Source: the human T2T-CHM13v2.0 reference genome, Homo sapiens. From it: DNA of 64,000 nucleotides. How positions within the stretch are numbered: position 1 is the stretch's first letter; each line of letters opens with the position of its first letter. The notes beneath the pieces were generated by a model that had not been told where the DNA came from, did not search any database, and saw only the letters and a list, made by a program, of their open reading frames with translations. Location of the stretch: assembly GCF_009914755.1 (NCBI RefSeq), contig NC_060931.1; one strand, given 5' to 3'. Positions 1 to 14,074 of this stretch are shown here, piece by piece. A program made the position numbers and the translations under genes.

Positions 1-454
1 ATCCAAATAAATGAAAGTAATTTGAAGGCTAAACAATGAGATAAAATAAACCAAAGAAGATGACATAAAACCAGCCTCAATCTATGGGTATTATTTGACC
101 TACAGCATTCTTCCATTAGCCTTGGGAAAAAAAAAATCCCTGAGTCAAAGCTACTATCAAAATATCACTTAAATCTATGTATTATTCTTATGGTCGGGAA
201 ATACAACTTTAGACCTTTCTTACTTTTTTTGTTTTTTAAAATTAATTTCTGCCATTTATTTTACAATAAAATTTTATTTTAACACAATATAGTAAATCAA
301 AAGGCAAAAGAAAATAAAAAGCGTAGCACTCGTAATTTCTCCCTGAAAGACAACACTATGAAAAATCTGGCATACCTTTCCATACAATTTTCCATATGTA
401 CTGATATAAACAAATGTAGGATATCGCTGTTCATATTTTTATGAACACTTTCCC

Positions 455-555
455 ATTGAATATATTTGGAAATATTGCTGTGTCATTAAATATTCTCATA
501 AAATTATTGAATAGATTTGGAAATATTTGTCATAAAATATTGTCATAACATTATT
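455..555. repeat. Degenerate ~51-bp tandem duplication
   Basis: attgaatatatttggaaatatt...tgtcattaaatattctcataaaattatt (from 455) is repeated as attgaatagatttggaaatatttgtcataaaatattgtcataacattatt (from 506). Confidence 0.7.
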
Positions 556-1299
556 TTGGTGGTTATAGTTACTCGCTTTAAAATGTTTCATTTTGTTTTG
601 TTTTGGTTTGCTATTATAAGTGGCATTTTTATAAATCTTTAAAGTTAAATTTTATAGAGTGATACAGATAACAGAGCCCACCCATGGTAATCATATACTG
701 TAATCATATGGCTTGCAGAATCTTGGGAAATTTTACTGGGCAAATGATGCCAACTGGCATCAGAGAATCAAGTAATTCATTGATGTCTCAAACCAACTTC
801 AAATTTGTCTCTGCTCAAATTTTATTTTATCAAAGATCCTTCTCCTATATAAGCACTTTCCCTAACTTTCACTTTAATTTCATCACTAATCATCCTCTTA
901 TTCTGCTTCCTTTCCCCCACATAACACACATCATAACCTTATTTATTACGTAGTTACTCATTTTTGTGTGTTTCTTGTCGGTATCCCTAATAGACTTTAA
1001 GAATCATGGGGATTCTGGCTATTGCCTTCCATTTACTGTAAGAACCAACATCCCATAATAGTTAATAGTTTATATCTTTTCTTCAGATTGGAGACTTTTG
1101 TCCAAAGGTAGATCAGTTGCTAATTTTCCTGTGAGTTCTTGGACTATTTTGACATGTATCATCTGTTCATTTGCACTAGAAATTTATTTAATATTATTTA
1201 ATAATATGAAACAGGGTGCTTTAAACGCAAAGACAGAAAGGACTGACCTAAAATCTACCTGAGTTCTTCTCAGAGCCCAGTATCAAAGTTAAGATGTAC

Positions 1300-1520
1300 C
1301 AAGCATGTCCAACCCGGGGCCCATGGGACTCATGTGGCCCAGGATGGCTATGAATGTGACCCAACACAAATTCATAAACTTTCTTAAACCAGTATGAGAT
1401 TTTTTTTTTTTTTTTTTTAGCTTAGCAGCTATCGTTAGTGTTAGTGTTTCTATGCATGGCCCAAGCCGATTTTTCTTCTTCCAATGTGGCCCAGGGAAGT
1501 CAAAAGATTGGACACCCCTG
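1300..1520 (-). mobile_element. MER30 (hAT-Charlie MITE), full length
   Basis: Reverse complement reads CAGGGGTGTCCAATCTTTTG...CCCTGGGCCACATTGGAAGAAG...A-tract...GGGTTGGACATGCTTG, matching the recalled MER30 consensus with both termini. Confidence 0.9.
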
Positions 1521-1635
1521 GGTAACCATTACAACTATTGCAAAAGTAAATGTGAACACTCACTTGATAGGTATGTATTATCTATAATACGTTAATGTCT
1601 ATAAAAATCATTATCTACATATTTTACATACTATA

Positions 1636-2053
1636 TTTTTGTGTTATTTTCAATTTCCATGGGTACATAGTAGGTGTATGTATTTATGGGATACGTGAAA
1701 TATTTTTATAGAGGCATACAATGCTTAATAATCACACCAGGGAAAATGATGGATATTCACCCATCACCTCCAGCTTTTATCCTTTCTTTGTATTACAAAC
1801 AATCAATTATACTTTTAGTTATTTTAACATATACAATAAATTATTGTTGACTACACTCACCCTGTTATGCTATCAAATACTAGATCTTACTCATTCTATG
1901 TTTTTGTACCCACATTAACCATCTCCAATTCCTTTCCCCACCCAATACCCTTCCTAGTATCTGGCAACTATCATTCTATTTTCTATGTCTCCATGAGTTC
2001 AATTGTTGTAATTTTTAGTCATAAAGAATGAGTTCTTGTCATTTACAACAACA
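1636..2053 (-). mobile_element. L1MA2/3-like 3' end, 5'-truncated, with a short 5' inversion
   Basis: gggtacatagtaggtgtatgtatttatggg...tcaaatactagatctt...ctccatgagttcaattgtt is antisense L1MA 3'UTR; 2021-2053 is an L1 piece in the opposite orientation. Confidence 0.8.
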
Positions 2054-2899
2054 TTGTCTATATTATTCCCATAGAATATCTTTCTAATAGAAATGAAAGT
2101 GCATGAGAATTTTAAGGATGTTGCACATTCATTACTTTTACTTAGATTTTGTCATATTAAACATTTTCATGTGACTTGGAGTAGGGGAATAAAAATGTTT
2201 TCATTTACTCATATTTTGTTTGCTCATTAAAAACATGCATTTCTCTTTATTTGCTGCTTTTGGGGGTAACACTAGGTGCTTTCAGAGGAGAACTTTCCCT
2301 TTCCATCGCTGAGCTTAGCCAACAGTGTACCAGAGGCCAGGGTATTTCATCACGAGTTGCTGCTGATTAGCACAGGTCTTGACACATGAGTTTTGAGTAT
2401 TATCTTAGCTCTATAATCACAAATGTTATTGAGCAAGAAATTATTCATCTCTATTTAGAAAGAGCTTTGGTAGTTGACTCTATGACCTCTAGAGTTGAGT
2501 CAATATACCAAGCAGATTTATTAGAAATACTGTAATATATATTCTAAAAAAGGAAGAAGTTCCTCAATAAAAATTAGCTTGACATCAATGCCACCAAAAT
2601 TCTCCCTTTTACCAGAGAAAGAGATTTTCAAAGTTTATATATCATCAAGGAAGAAAAATAAATCTTATGAATACATTTATATGTTTTAAAAACTAACAAA
2701 GATAATTACTTTATCATGCTTGTTACTCTGTAGAAATGAATTTTGGTATCGTTTTAAACACTATACTTAAGATGAATGCCTCTGATCACCCAGCCTCAAT
2801 AAATATAAAAAAGAAAGAAACACAAAGACATGAATAATTTGTTACAAATTGAGTAATGTACATTTGAGCCCCCCAAATGGTATAAAAACACATTTAAAA

Positions 2900-3440
2900 G
2901 ATACACCAGAGTCTAGAAAAATATATTTGCAATGCATAGGATTCTCAAAAAATCAAGACCTAGAATATATGAAAATTCTTATATTCAGCGAGACAACTCC
3001 AAAGAGAAATGAGAAAAAGTTACAAAAAGACACTTCAAAGTAAACTAAACCTGTTTGTTCAATAAAGGGCACAAAGTTCCAATGAGAAGGAATAAGTTCC
3101 AGTGATCTATTACCATATTATTGACTTTCATCATCATGCTATTTATTATACACTCAAAAATTGCTGAGTAGATTGAAAACATTCTCATTAAAAATGATAA
3201 GTATATGATGTGACAAATATATTAACTTCATTTAATCATTTCACTATATATGCATATCAAAATATCACACTGTATACCATATATACAATGAAAAATTAAA
3301 ATTAAACCAGTATGAGATTAATATAAATTTGTGCAACCTTAATGGAAAACAATTTAGCAATATCTAATATAAATGAAAGTACAGATAACAAGCAATCCAG
3401 TAATTCTAACTCCTAGTCATACATTCTAGAGAAACTCTTT
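2900..3440 (+). mobile_element. Old L1ME ORF2/3' fragment interrupted by a younger L1MA 3' end (~3055-3298)
   Basis: atatttgcaatgcata...cctagaatatatgaaa...gacacttc and tggaaaacaatttagcaatatct...aattctaactcctag flank ggaataagttccagtgatctatt...tatcaaaatatcacactgtatacc; TSD-like aaactaaacctgt (3042-3054) / aaattaaaccagt (3299-3311). Confidence 0.6.
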
Positions 3441-3519
3441 CAAAAGGAGCCTGCCAAGTACTGGACAAATGAATGGGTCTAATCCATGAGTCCACTCAGA
3501 TTTGTCTGATCTCTGAGTG

Positions 3520-3625
3520 TAGTTACCAGACAAATCAACCCAGACCAAAGGAATTATGAGAATTAAAAATATTGTTTCAAGTCATTAAAGTTTGGAGTAA
3601 TTTGTTTTACATAAGGCTAGCTGGT
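3520..3625 (+). mobile_element. MLT1-family (MaLR) LTR 3' fragment
   Basis: attgtttcaagtcattaaagtttggagtaatttgttttacataag resembles the MLT1 LTR 3' end. Confidence 0.5.
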
Positions 3626-4002
3626 ATTTTTTCCCATAAATGTCTATGCTGTATATGAATATAAATAATATAGTAAAAAGAAAAATGGGATATGATTTAT
3701 GCAACAATATTATAGAATAATATTTCCATATGAGGCAAGATATGCCTTTGTTTTTTTTTTTCTCTTTGGATAGAGAAAACCAAAAAAATAAGTAGAGAGA
3801 GAAGCTTATTTCCCTTATAATTACAAGAAAGGAGCTGAGCCTGTTGTGTCCTGAGACTGAGTTCTCCTGCCCCAAATGATCTTTGGGGACCTTGGTATTT
3901 TACGGTCACAAAGAGAATTTGCTTTGTCTTCACCCATTGAGAGGGGCTGTTTCTGAGAGTTGAAGAGGCTGAAGTGTCCAGATCTAAAAGGAAAAGAAAA
4001 TT

Positions 4003-4450
4003 GTGCAGTTTAGGTTAGTCCAAGAAACAGGCACTGAACAAAGGACTTGAGTGCCAGAGATTCGTTTGGGAAGTGCAGGAAATACCAATGAGGAAGAGGG
4101 GAAATGATGCTGGGACAGAAAGAAGAAAATAGAACATATATTATCCAGCCTGCTCCCACAGGGGTGACTGCAGCTGAATCCTGTGCAGAAACTACAAAGT
4201 GGTGCAAAACATCCGACTCACAATAATTACCACACCTACCCTCATCCTCTGAGTGGTGGGGGAGCTGGGGTACTTACACCAACTCCGATAAGTTGAGCCC
4301 TATTCTAGTGGAAGGGTGGTGTTAATTCTCTGGAATTTCCAGGCTGCTATGTAGGAGAAAGTTCTTCCCTGCTTCCGGGAGAAAAAAAAATCCCTCATGC
4401 ATGGGGTTCACTGGAGAACGTGAAAGGTCTGAGAGATATGGGCAGAGCCT
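4003..4450 (-). mobile_element. LTR33-like solo ERVL LTR
   Basis: caagaaacaggcactgaacaaaggacttgagtgc...tttgggaagtg...gggagctggggtacttacaccaactcc matches antisense LTR33. Confidence 0.65.
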
Positions 4451-4954
4451 TTGTCTGCCCCAAGGATCTTCCCCAAAATTGAGCAAAGGAGAGGGGTAGT
4501 TGATGTGGGAGTTTCGGAGCCTGGCCTACTTGCCCAGAGGTTGGGAAATGGGGCTTGAGATGGCTCCAGGTTGCCATGATTATTGTGAACCAAAACCTTT
4601 TGTGCAGGGTAGAGGCTGATTCAGAGTTTGCTATACTTGGCCTTTCAGACCACCTGGCTCTCACAGCTTCTCATGCTTCACAAAGTAGGCTCTATGGCAA
4701 AGCAAAGAAGAAGGAACAGCAGTTTCAGCCCTGTAAATGGAAGACATGTGTATTGTTAGGGAATAGGATGTCCCATTGTCAGATATAATTAAGGTAAAGT
4801 TTTGGCCTCAATGTTAAGTGGGACATAAAGACAGGGTAAGTTAGAAAAACAACACTGTATAAGGCTTCTTGTACCCAATTATATAAAACAAATATCTGCA
4901 ATGGATGACAATATATCTTATATTATTGTATTAATATATATGCAATATAATTTT

Positions 4955-5190
4955 AATCTAGTTTCTGTATTCCATTATAAGGGTGTATCATAATTTATGT
5001 AACCAGTCTCCTATTGTTGGACTTCTGATGTATTTTGAATAAAATTGAGATGGTCGTCCTTGACTTTTATCCATGTGAGGCTGAAAATTTTCTAAGGAGA
5101 AATTTCTTACTGTGGAATTCCGGATCAAAAGGTGTGCACAGTTGAAGAGTTTTAAAATATATTCCATGATAGTCTTTCAGATGTATATAT
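4955..5190 (-). mobile_element. L1ME fragment
   Basis: gtattccattataagggtgtatcataatttatgtaaccagtctcctattgttggac...ggatcaaaaggtgtgcaca. Confidence 0.55.
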
Positions 5191-6259
5191 TTATTCATAT
5201 ATATCTCCACAATCTACTTGGGGTTTTATAGATGCACAAGCAGCATTTCAGAGTATGTCTTTTAACTACATACAACCATTCCTAACTTCCCTGTCTTAAT
5301 CTTCTTTTACGTCACAATTTAACAGAAAGTCATCAGTTATCAGGACAGGTATATCAAATGGTACCACATTGTTCTTAATGAGACTAGTTGAGATTCTTCT
5401 CACTTTTGAGATATATTTGGAAACTGGAAGATTTTTTTCTTTGATGTTTATCTAAACCCATTTGGTAAATTTGCTAGCTTTTGTCTAATATTCAATTCAG
5501 GTTTGATTTGGTGTCAAGGAGTTACCAAAATTTGAGTTCTTTGACTCATGTTTTTCAGTTTTGTTATTATATTATTTTGTTTGCATGATGAAAAACTGAT
5601 AAGCAAAAGTCCATGTATATTTTAAATACCACTTATTTGATTTACAACACTTGAAACTCCCCGTAAGTAAAAGGAAGATGAGAGAGGTTGAATTTTTGAT
5701 AAGATTAGAGTACCATCAGGAAGTAATATTAAAATTGGCTTTCAGAATATAGGAAAGCATTTGTCCAGTTATCTTTAATTGATCTGCTATAAAAATGAGA
5801 GTACAAATTGTAGATGAAATTGCAGTGCATTACAAATCAAAGAAGAGGATAAAATAAAGCAATAAGATAGGATGTGGATTTTTAGTTCTTTTTTCATCTC
5901 AGTACTCATGGGCTACTTGGTATTTTTCAATAGTGCTGGTAAAGGTACAATGTTCAATAACTTAAAATGAACCTGGACTTTAAAATGAAATGAAAAAGCA
6001 AGTTCTCATAATTTCAGTTACTTTTTATTCAAGAAGGGGGTTTCTGTGACAGACTGCTTGTTACCGCATTGTCTGACAGCCTGGAGAAACTACTCACTCA
6101 GGCAGCATGGGTGAAGGGCTAATTATGTCAAAGAGGGGAGAGAGGGGAATAGGAATTAATGAGCCTGAATCTCCCCAGTGCTATGCTACTCCCTTACTCC
6201 CTGTTACTAAGTTAGGCTTGGAAAGATGTGAGTTTCTTTTGTAGCCAGAAGTGCTCAGG

Positions 6260-6495
6260 GAAGCAGTCAAGAGCATGGAATTGGGCATCACACAAACTGA
6301 ATCTCATCTGTTTCTTACTATCTGAATTACAAGTTATTTAATCTCCTTGAGCCTCAGTTTCCTTGTCTATAAAATGGGAAAGATAATGTCAATCTCATTG
6401 GGTTATTGTGAAGATTAGCAAAGATGAAAATCTATGCATTGTCCAAGTTTGTATGTGACATACATTAAGCATCAAAGGATAGCTATATAATTTTT
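6260..6495 (+). mobile_element. MIR SINE
   Basis: Core caagttatttaatctccttgagcctcagtttccttgtctataaaatggg. Confidence 0.85.
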
Positions 6496-6798
6496 ACTTG
6501 CTGTTTTGGCTATTATTCCTACTATTACATTATAATTATTTAATGGTTTACTTTGGTTGGGGGTTAAGTCATTTAGTAGAAACTAAGGAAGCACTTTATA
6601 AGATTCAACTTTCCTACAAGTCACACTTAAAAATGAGTTGCAAGTGATTCTTTTACTATAATCAATAGAATAGGCTTTGTTAGATCTGTTGAAGGGGCAT
6701 TCTAAGATTCTAACTCTGCATAATTATTAAGAAAATTAATACACAAATGTGAGCATTTATATAATTTATTCATATGAATAACAACAATACAAATACTA

Positions 6799-6985
6799 CA
6801 GTGGTTAGCAAAACTGGATGATGATCAACATCACTTGGGCAGCTTTTACATCATAACAGAAATAGAGGTCCTATCCGAGACCTTCTGAATTAGTGTTTCC
6901 AGCTCTATTATTTATCTGTAAGACAGGGAGCACTTGTGATGGTCTGACCCATGCAGCAACTCTTCCCATATTTGAGGGTTAACTT
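6799..6985. mobile_element. Possible MER5-type hAT MITE
   Basis: Starts cagtggttagcaaaactgg...atcaacatcacttggg...agaccttctgaattag; heavily diverged. Confidence 0.4.
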
Positions 6986-8144
6986 TCAGAAATGCACTGA
7001 AAGGTAAACGAGCTCTTCCCCTTCAGTTTTCTAATAATATAGTCCTTAGAGTTATTCTAGTCTAGTCTTCTTCATGTGCAAGTATCCTGGCACTCCTGAC
7101 TCATCCAACAGAGAGACTATCTATCACTCCGTGGATGCATCTAATTTCGTTAACAGAAATCCCTTCTCATGAAGTTAAATATGCCGCCTTGTAACATTTG
7201 CAGAAATTTAGGGAGATAGTTCTCTGAGTGCTTCTGTGTTTAAATTTGAAACTATATTGTTTAAAAACCAAAGATTTGTATAAAATGCTGGGAAATAAAA
7301 TTCAGCTGTGATGTGTGGGAGAGGAACGTGACAGAAGTTCAATGGCTTGTTTATCCACTGAGTTTTCTTCATCCAAACCATTGTTGCTCTCTTCAGACCA
7401 AGTTTGCAAAATTAAATGCCAACAAAAACTAAGCAGGTAACATATATGAGTGACATAGGTGGAGACTATCATATAATGGTGTTGTTCTTAATTACCTAAA
7501 TTGAATTCTTTCTGAATCATTTTGTTCGTAGGTTATATATGGAGTGATAATTCACTTTTCAGAAGGTATATGTATTCCTCCAGTTTAGTTGAAAGTGGTG
7601 GTCCTCTTGGTAGAAGTTTTCTTTTTTTAAATTTTGATAGAGACGTGGGTCCAAGAAATATTTCATATTCCCTTTAAGAAAACTGACGGTGCAAGTGTAA
7701 TGATAAACGTGGCTGACACTGGGCTTCACTATCTGGAGGCAGCAGGGAGTAGAGAGGATGATGATGAATGGAAGAATTCATTTATTATCTGAGGAGAATA
7801 CCATTTCTTAGTTGACTGCTGCCATATAGGAATAAAGATGCAATGTTCCTGGATCTGATTTTTTAAAAAAGATATCTCCATATGTCTAAGAGCTGGAAAT
7901 TAATACAAAATTTAAAAATATATTGTTGTCTGTACAATCAGGCCAACAAAGACACATCTGTGGGATAAGATGTGGCCCATCTTATACTTTCCTTCAACCT
8001 CACTTTAGACCTTTAATTTTTTCTAACATAAATGTAATCATGGATATTTACCATCAATCCTCAGTGATGCCATGCATTATTTTTTCATGTGTATTCAAGA
8101 ATAAGATTTTTAATTTTAAATTCTATAAAACTTTTTGCCTATAA

Positions 8145-8447
<303 letters not shown>

Positions 8448-8499
8448 TTACCTATAATTTTCTAACATTTAGATACAAGTCACTAGAAGAATATCTAGA

Positions 8500-8640
8500 G
8501 TCACAGACTATTAGAGTTGGAAATGTTCTTGAAATTTTCATCTATTAATTTTGTAGATGAAGAAACTGAGAGGAAAACGGAGTTGCTAAAATTCATGCAT
8601 CTAGTTAGTGGTAGAGTCAAGGTTTGAACCCAGAATTCCT
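8500..8640 (-). mobile_element. MIR fragment
   Basis: attttgtagatgaagaaactgag...ctagttagtggtagagtcaaggtttgaacccag. Confidence 0.75.
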
Positions 8641-8778
8641 CAGTATTTCTCTAATGCTGTTTTAGCATTATCGTGGTGCCTCTGATTTGCTTGTTAGTTT
8701 ATTATATAAGGCCTGGGAAATAAGGCTCAATTTTCTTACGCAAATTTTTCTGCCCGTCTGTTCCATAAGGAAAAAGAC

Positions 8779-8878
8779 ATGTATTTGGCACTTTAGATAG
8801 TAGCAAACTAAAAATGACCTCTTAAATGTATTTGGCACTTTAGATTGTAGCAAATTAAAAATGACCTCCTAAATGTAT
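8779..8878. repeat. 47-bp tandem duplication (2 copies plus 6 nt)
   Basis: atgtatttggcactttagatagtagcaaactaaaaatgacctcttaa at 8779 and 8826, 3 mismatches. Confidence 0.95.
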
Positions 8879-10209
8879 GCTTTGTTATGTAGGATACTTC
8901 AACATAACAGACTAAGTGACAGCAGAATTAAAATTGTCCAACTCCCTGCTGTACATTATCCATTTATAAACTACTAGTTTTGTGCTTGATTGATTATATT
9001 AGTCAGATTTGTTTCAGCATTGGATAAAGCCTCAGAAGTAGGGAAGGAAGGCACATACTGTGCTACTCTTATGAGTCTTAATTGTCTCCTGCAATTCATG
9101 AAAAGTGAGCTTTCCTTGAATCTTGTTTTGGTATTTTTATTTTGACTTTGTTCAGCACATTTATTAACACTAGTAAATTTCAGGTTGTTTTCCAATAGAA
9201 CTCAGATGTTCGAACACAACCATATTTAGGAAATAGCAATTGATAATGCAGCTATTTAGCTTCTGTTCAGAATCTGCTATTTCTTAGTGCCGAAAGATGC
9301 AGCCCAAATCCCATTTGCAGTGTTTATTACCTCTCAGAATCTGTGAGCAAGCATCTTTCCTGGTCCTTTTACTAGTCTGTCTTGTCTATTGGCTATCCAT
9401 TTTCCATTGTTGTCCCAGGTTGGCTGCCAATGGTATATTTCTCAGCCACTTAATAACTTTACTTAGACAGATTTATAAGAAGCCAAGTGCTGTCAAGTCC
9501 CTGAGATGTATAGATTGAAGCATGCTTCCTCTCCTCCACCCATTCCAACTTTACAGTATAAGTCTGTCTCCTTAATAGCACTCTGGTCTTAATAGAGTGT
9601 GTCTCTCAGGGTCCGGCATCTGCTGCATTGTTGGAGCATGGCTGATGCTCATCTCTTCTGAGCTGGACGGCAGTTAAATAGGAGCAATTTATTTCTGCTG
9701 TTGTCAATATCACATTTCGTGAACCTGAAACTCATTACATTTTTTTAAAATTACCTTGCTTGGCTTTGTAAGGGCATTTTGTATTTGCCACAGATCTTTC
9801 TTTTAGATTTGGAAAGAACTGAAACTTTTTGTTACACTTCTGATTGGTATAATAGGGTGCCATTTAGGCTAAGTGTAGGCAGGAGAAGAAAAGCACACCT
9901 TTTGACTGCAGAAACTGCGCTTGACTTGCTTAATAACAAGGATAGTGGTTGTGGAGCATCTAGTTCACAGTGCAATAGAGAGAAAAGACAGCTTCTGGCA
10001 TCAAGAAGTTTCTAGAAATACATAGAGACTGGAAAATTTCTCTCAAAAGGAAATTAAGAAACATATCTGAGGAAGAGCTATTGGTATTATAAAGGACATA
10101 GCTGGGTGGGCATTATAATGCTGAATCCAGATAAAACTGTTTTTTTCCTAAGCACATCTCATGTTGCAGTTGTGCCCTCTATCATTTCTATCTGTATGTT
10201 CCTGTAAAG

Positions 10210-10495
10210 CAGAGGATGACAAACTGCAGCTCACCACCTGTTTTTGTATGGCATGAGAGGTACGATTTTTGCAGTTTTATATAGTTGAAAAAAATCAAAA
10301 GAATAATCTTTCTGACACATGAACATTATGTGAAATTCAAATTTCAGTGTCTACAAATAAAGTTTTACTGGAACACAGCTTCACTCTTGCTTACATATAA
10401 GGTCTGTGGCTGCTTTCATGCTACAACAACTGTTTATCCCACAAAGCCTAAAATATATACTATCCAGATTTTTCCAGAAAAACTGCCAGTCCCCG
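10210..10495 (+). mobile_element. MER58B-like hAT-Charlie MITE
   Basis: cagaggatgacaaact...aaattcaaatttcagtgtctacaaataaagttttactggaacacagc...aaagcctaaaatat; right flank gtctagag fits the Charlie NTCTAGAN target. Confidence 0.85.
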
Positions 10496-12854
10496 GTCTA
10501 GAGCAAAGTGCTAGGCAATCAGGCATATTTCTTTTCCTTTCACCTCCCCATTCTGCTACTTAGAGAAAACACTGATAACAGAAGTTGCAAAGTCAGGGCT
10601 GGCTCGTGGCCCAGATGGAGGTGCATAAATGAAATGATTTATAGGATACAGCAAAGTTTCTTCTACCTACCAATATCTTACTATGTCCTGTCAAGATACA
10701 ATTCTATCCTTGTCTGACGTAAGTCATTCCTTTGAGGTCAATTATCCAAAAGTGGTGGGGAGGAGCATTATTTATAGAAGACTACAAAAAATATTTTAGA
10801 GTAGAAAAAGTCCATACTGAGACTTAAACCTGAGATCTAATTAGGAATTACCAGTGACTCAGCCATATGCCCTTAAGCACTGCATTTAAGCTTTTGCAGA
10901 ATGTTTTCATCTGTAAGGATGATAAACCACCTGCTCTCTAATGTCTGTTTTAACTTCTTATTTTGTACTTCCCAATGTGTGGGAGGGAGGCTTAGGGCAT
11001 AATTTGGATTTCTCCCATTAGGATGATTGAATTTACTAAATAAATGATGTGCTACTAAGAAAAGATGCAGAGATTCTGTCCCTTCATGCACATTATTGGT
11101 CGCCATATCAACAACACCTATAACAAATGAGATGGTTAATAATATGATTTGAATTAATGAATAAATGATTGCATGAATGAAATAGCCTTGTTACGAACTG
11201 GGTATCACGTCACTAAATTTCCCTTTTTTACTGGATTCTATCTTTGTGATTTGTCTTTTTATGACCTTACCTTACACTTGTACGTTGGGAATGAACTTGA
11301 CCTTTTGCTATCCTTCTCAATATCATGGCATAGATTTTCATATTGCCTTCTGCTGGATTGGCTTACCCAGGGCAAACATATCAGTCAGATCTGCTGGTAT
11401 GCTAGACCCTTAGTAGAACTTCCCCTGCCAGACTGGCTGAATTCCCACAAGTGGGAGCTAGAAACCTTAGGGAGCTGAGAAGCAGCCATAGAATGCCAAG
11501 TCAGAGGAGATAGCATCTAGATTTTTGGATGAAGCCCAATTAGAGGACTGTCAGTAGCAAACTAATACTTCTAAAACTTGCCCAGAATGAACGCTCCATT
11601 GTATGTCAATATATAATGTATATGTTGGCTCTGTGGGTTTTTGCCCTTACAAGCTCCTGTAGCTCTAGCATTTCTATGTTCAGAAGGGTCCTTATTTCTA
11701 AACAGTAGCTAAACATATGTTTAAGGAAGCAAAATACAGTCTTTTTAAGTAGGAAAGTCATAATTTTGTTTTGGACTTCAAGAAATAAAGAATTTAGAAA
11801 TGGTGGTTACATGGGAATGTTTGCCTTGAGAGAGGAGCTATTGTAAAGGAGCATCCTTTATTATAGTTTTGTTTCCTTTTCATCACTTCTGTAGTGGTAA
11901 TACCTTCTAATATCTGCTTTCCAAGATGAAGACAGATAGGAAAAGTTGTATGTGTTGATCTAACACTTGAATTCACTCTATTAAGGGAATTTAATAGAGA
12001 TTTTTTTAGCCAAGGAACTGTAGCATCTCAAATATGATGCAGGAAATATTAAAATATGTTTAAAGGACATTCATATTTACTTTTCTTGCCTGTGGTTTAG
12101 GAGGCAAATGGCTATGAAAAGATGACACTTATAAGAGTAGAATGGGACAAAAACAATAAGCAAAAATAATATATAAATATTCTGTTTTCTAAATTGAGTA
12201 CCATTAATATAATCTGTATGTGTGTGCTTCTGTCTTTTGCCAAAAGTTACCTCTGATTGCTTATTAGACCGATCAAGTAGCTAACTACTTTTATATAATC
12301 ATTCTTTACCTTGTGAAATGTTGGTGTGAAATTCAATGGTTATAAAATATGAAGAACATCTTTGAGTCTTCCTATAACTAACAGTCCCAGTTCCTAGAAT
12401 GCGTTTGTGTGAGGTTGAGGTGTAGATGAAGACGGTGGAATGGTATCGCATCAGATAGCTATTTGGCTATTTACTTTGATTTTCTCTATCTACATTGAAA
12501 TAATTGCTCTATGTACCCTCACAAATGTAAAAACCAGATTAAGAAGACCTAGTTACATTCCTAGGTCAATCCTTGATAAGTATTATTTTAAAGACTTCTA
12601 TAGGAGAAATTTCTAAACTTTTCCCATAACATTTCTGTTATTTTTAAGTAACTTTTCCTTTCCCACATTTAAAATTCTGGTTCATTGCCTACATCAAGTG
12701 GTTATAGCAAAGGTGAAGTGAACAATCATAGTACTGTCATTGATTTTGATATAATCATGCTGACATAATTATGTTTTTTATGGACACATTAATACCATAG
12801 TCAATGATAAATAATAAAACCTTGCAAAAAGAACAACGGATTATGATCATGACT

Positions 12855-13090
12855 AGTTTTTATTGAGAACGTCAATATGTCAGGAATGGTTCTAAGTACT
12901 TTGTAAGTTATAATGTTTATTTTCAAAATAATTTTGTGAGTAGGCACTCTTCATTGTTTTATAGATATGTTATAGATGAGGAAATTGAAGTACTGAGTTT
13001 TAGGCAACTTGCCCAAAGTGACACAGTCATTAGGTAATGGAGCCAGAATTTGAACCCAGACAGTCTGACATCAGAGTCTGTGTGCCATCT
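12855..13090 (-). mobile_element. MIR SINE
   Basis: tttattgagaacgtcaatatgtcagg...atagatgaggaaattgaag...aacttgcccaaag...ggagccagaatttgaacccagacagtctg. Confidence 0.85.
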
Positions 13091-13391
13091 GATTAGTTTT
13101 TTAGACATATTTCTGAACTTATTATATTTGTCACAAAAATATTATTGATTTACTAGACTCAACTTCCAAGTTGCGTTTTGCAAAATCGTTCCTTGGAAAG
13201 AAGTTCCAAGACGTTTTAACTCATATGGGGCATTCCTTGGCTGAATATGATCGGGAAGTAATGGTTTTAATAAACAAACCAGTTTCTGTGATGCAGGCCT
13301 TCTCAGAGCACTTACTCTGTAATGCACATGGTAGTGCTTCAAAACTGGGAAAGAATATGCAGTATTTGCCTCTCCTGCAAACACTAGTACT

Positions 13392-13452
13392 TTAGACAGT
13401 GCATATATAGAACATTTCCATCCTCACAGATATTTCCGATAGGCAGCAATGC
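13392..13452 (-). mobile_element. MER3-like hAT fragment
   Basis: gacagtgcatatatagaacatttccatcctcacaga is the reverse complement of the MER3 5' end. Confidence 0.6.
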
Positions 13453-14074
13453 TGTTGACTTTTGTGTCTGCATTTGTGTCTAGATAGAAATAATGGTTAC
13501 ATGGGTTATTAAACCACATAGGCAGACACTGGTAACACTGAAAGTGAATCACCTAGAGATTAAAACAATTTTGACTTAGTTTTTCTACTGAAAATGAATC
13601 TTTTGATTACAATAGAATTTTAGTACATATGAATCACAAATCCCTTACATCTATAGAACAATTACGTTTATAGTACTTGGAGTTCAGAGTTTAAATAAAT
13701 ATAAGCAGTAAAATAAAATGGGGGAAAGCATTGAAGAAAGGATAGATTAGTAATTGATCTTGAGAGCAAGAAGCTGCATTCAGGGATTCCCCTTCCTTTG
13801 TACTGGATACAAAAATCAAATGTAATTGTAAGATACAAATGGCATACTTATGCCTCTAACTTTAGAGCAAAAACGATTGTGATACTTAGCTTGATACAAC
13901 TAATGATATAAGACAGACCCTCCCATCAAAGTAGCATTAATGGAGGTGTGGGAATCAAAAAATAGATTATACTTAGGGTTACTTTTAGATACTTAGGAAT
14001 ATTGAAAGCAATTATCTTAGAGATCAGGTAGGTGAGGTAAATACATAAAGAGAGAGGGCATGGAAGTAGGGCAG

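Noticed and set aside
1292-1528. 8-bp TSD around MER30
   Set aside because: The flanks agatgtac and ggtaacca do not match
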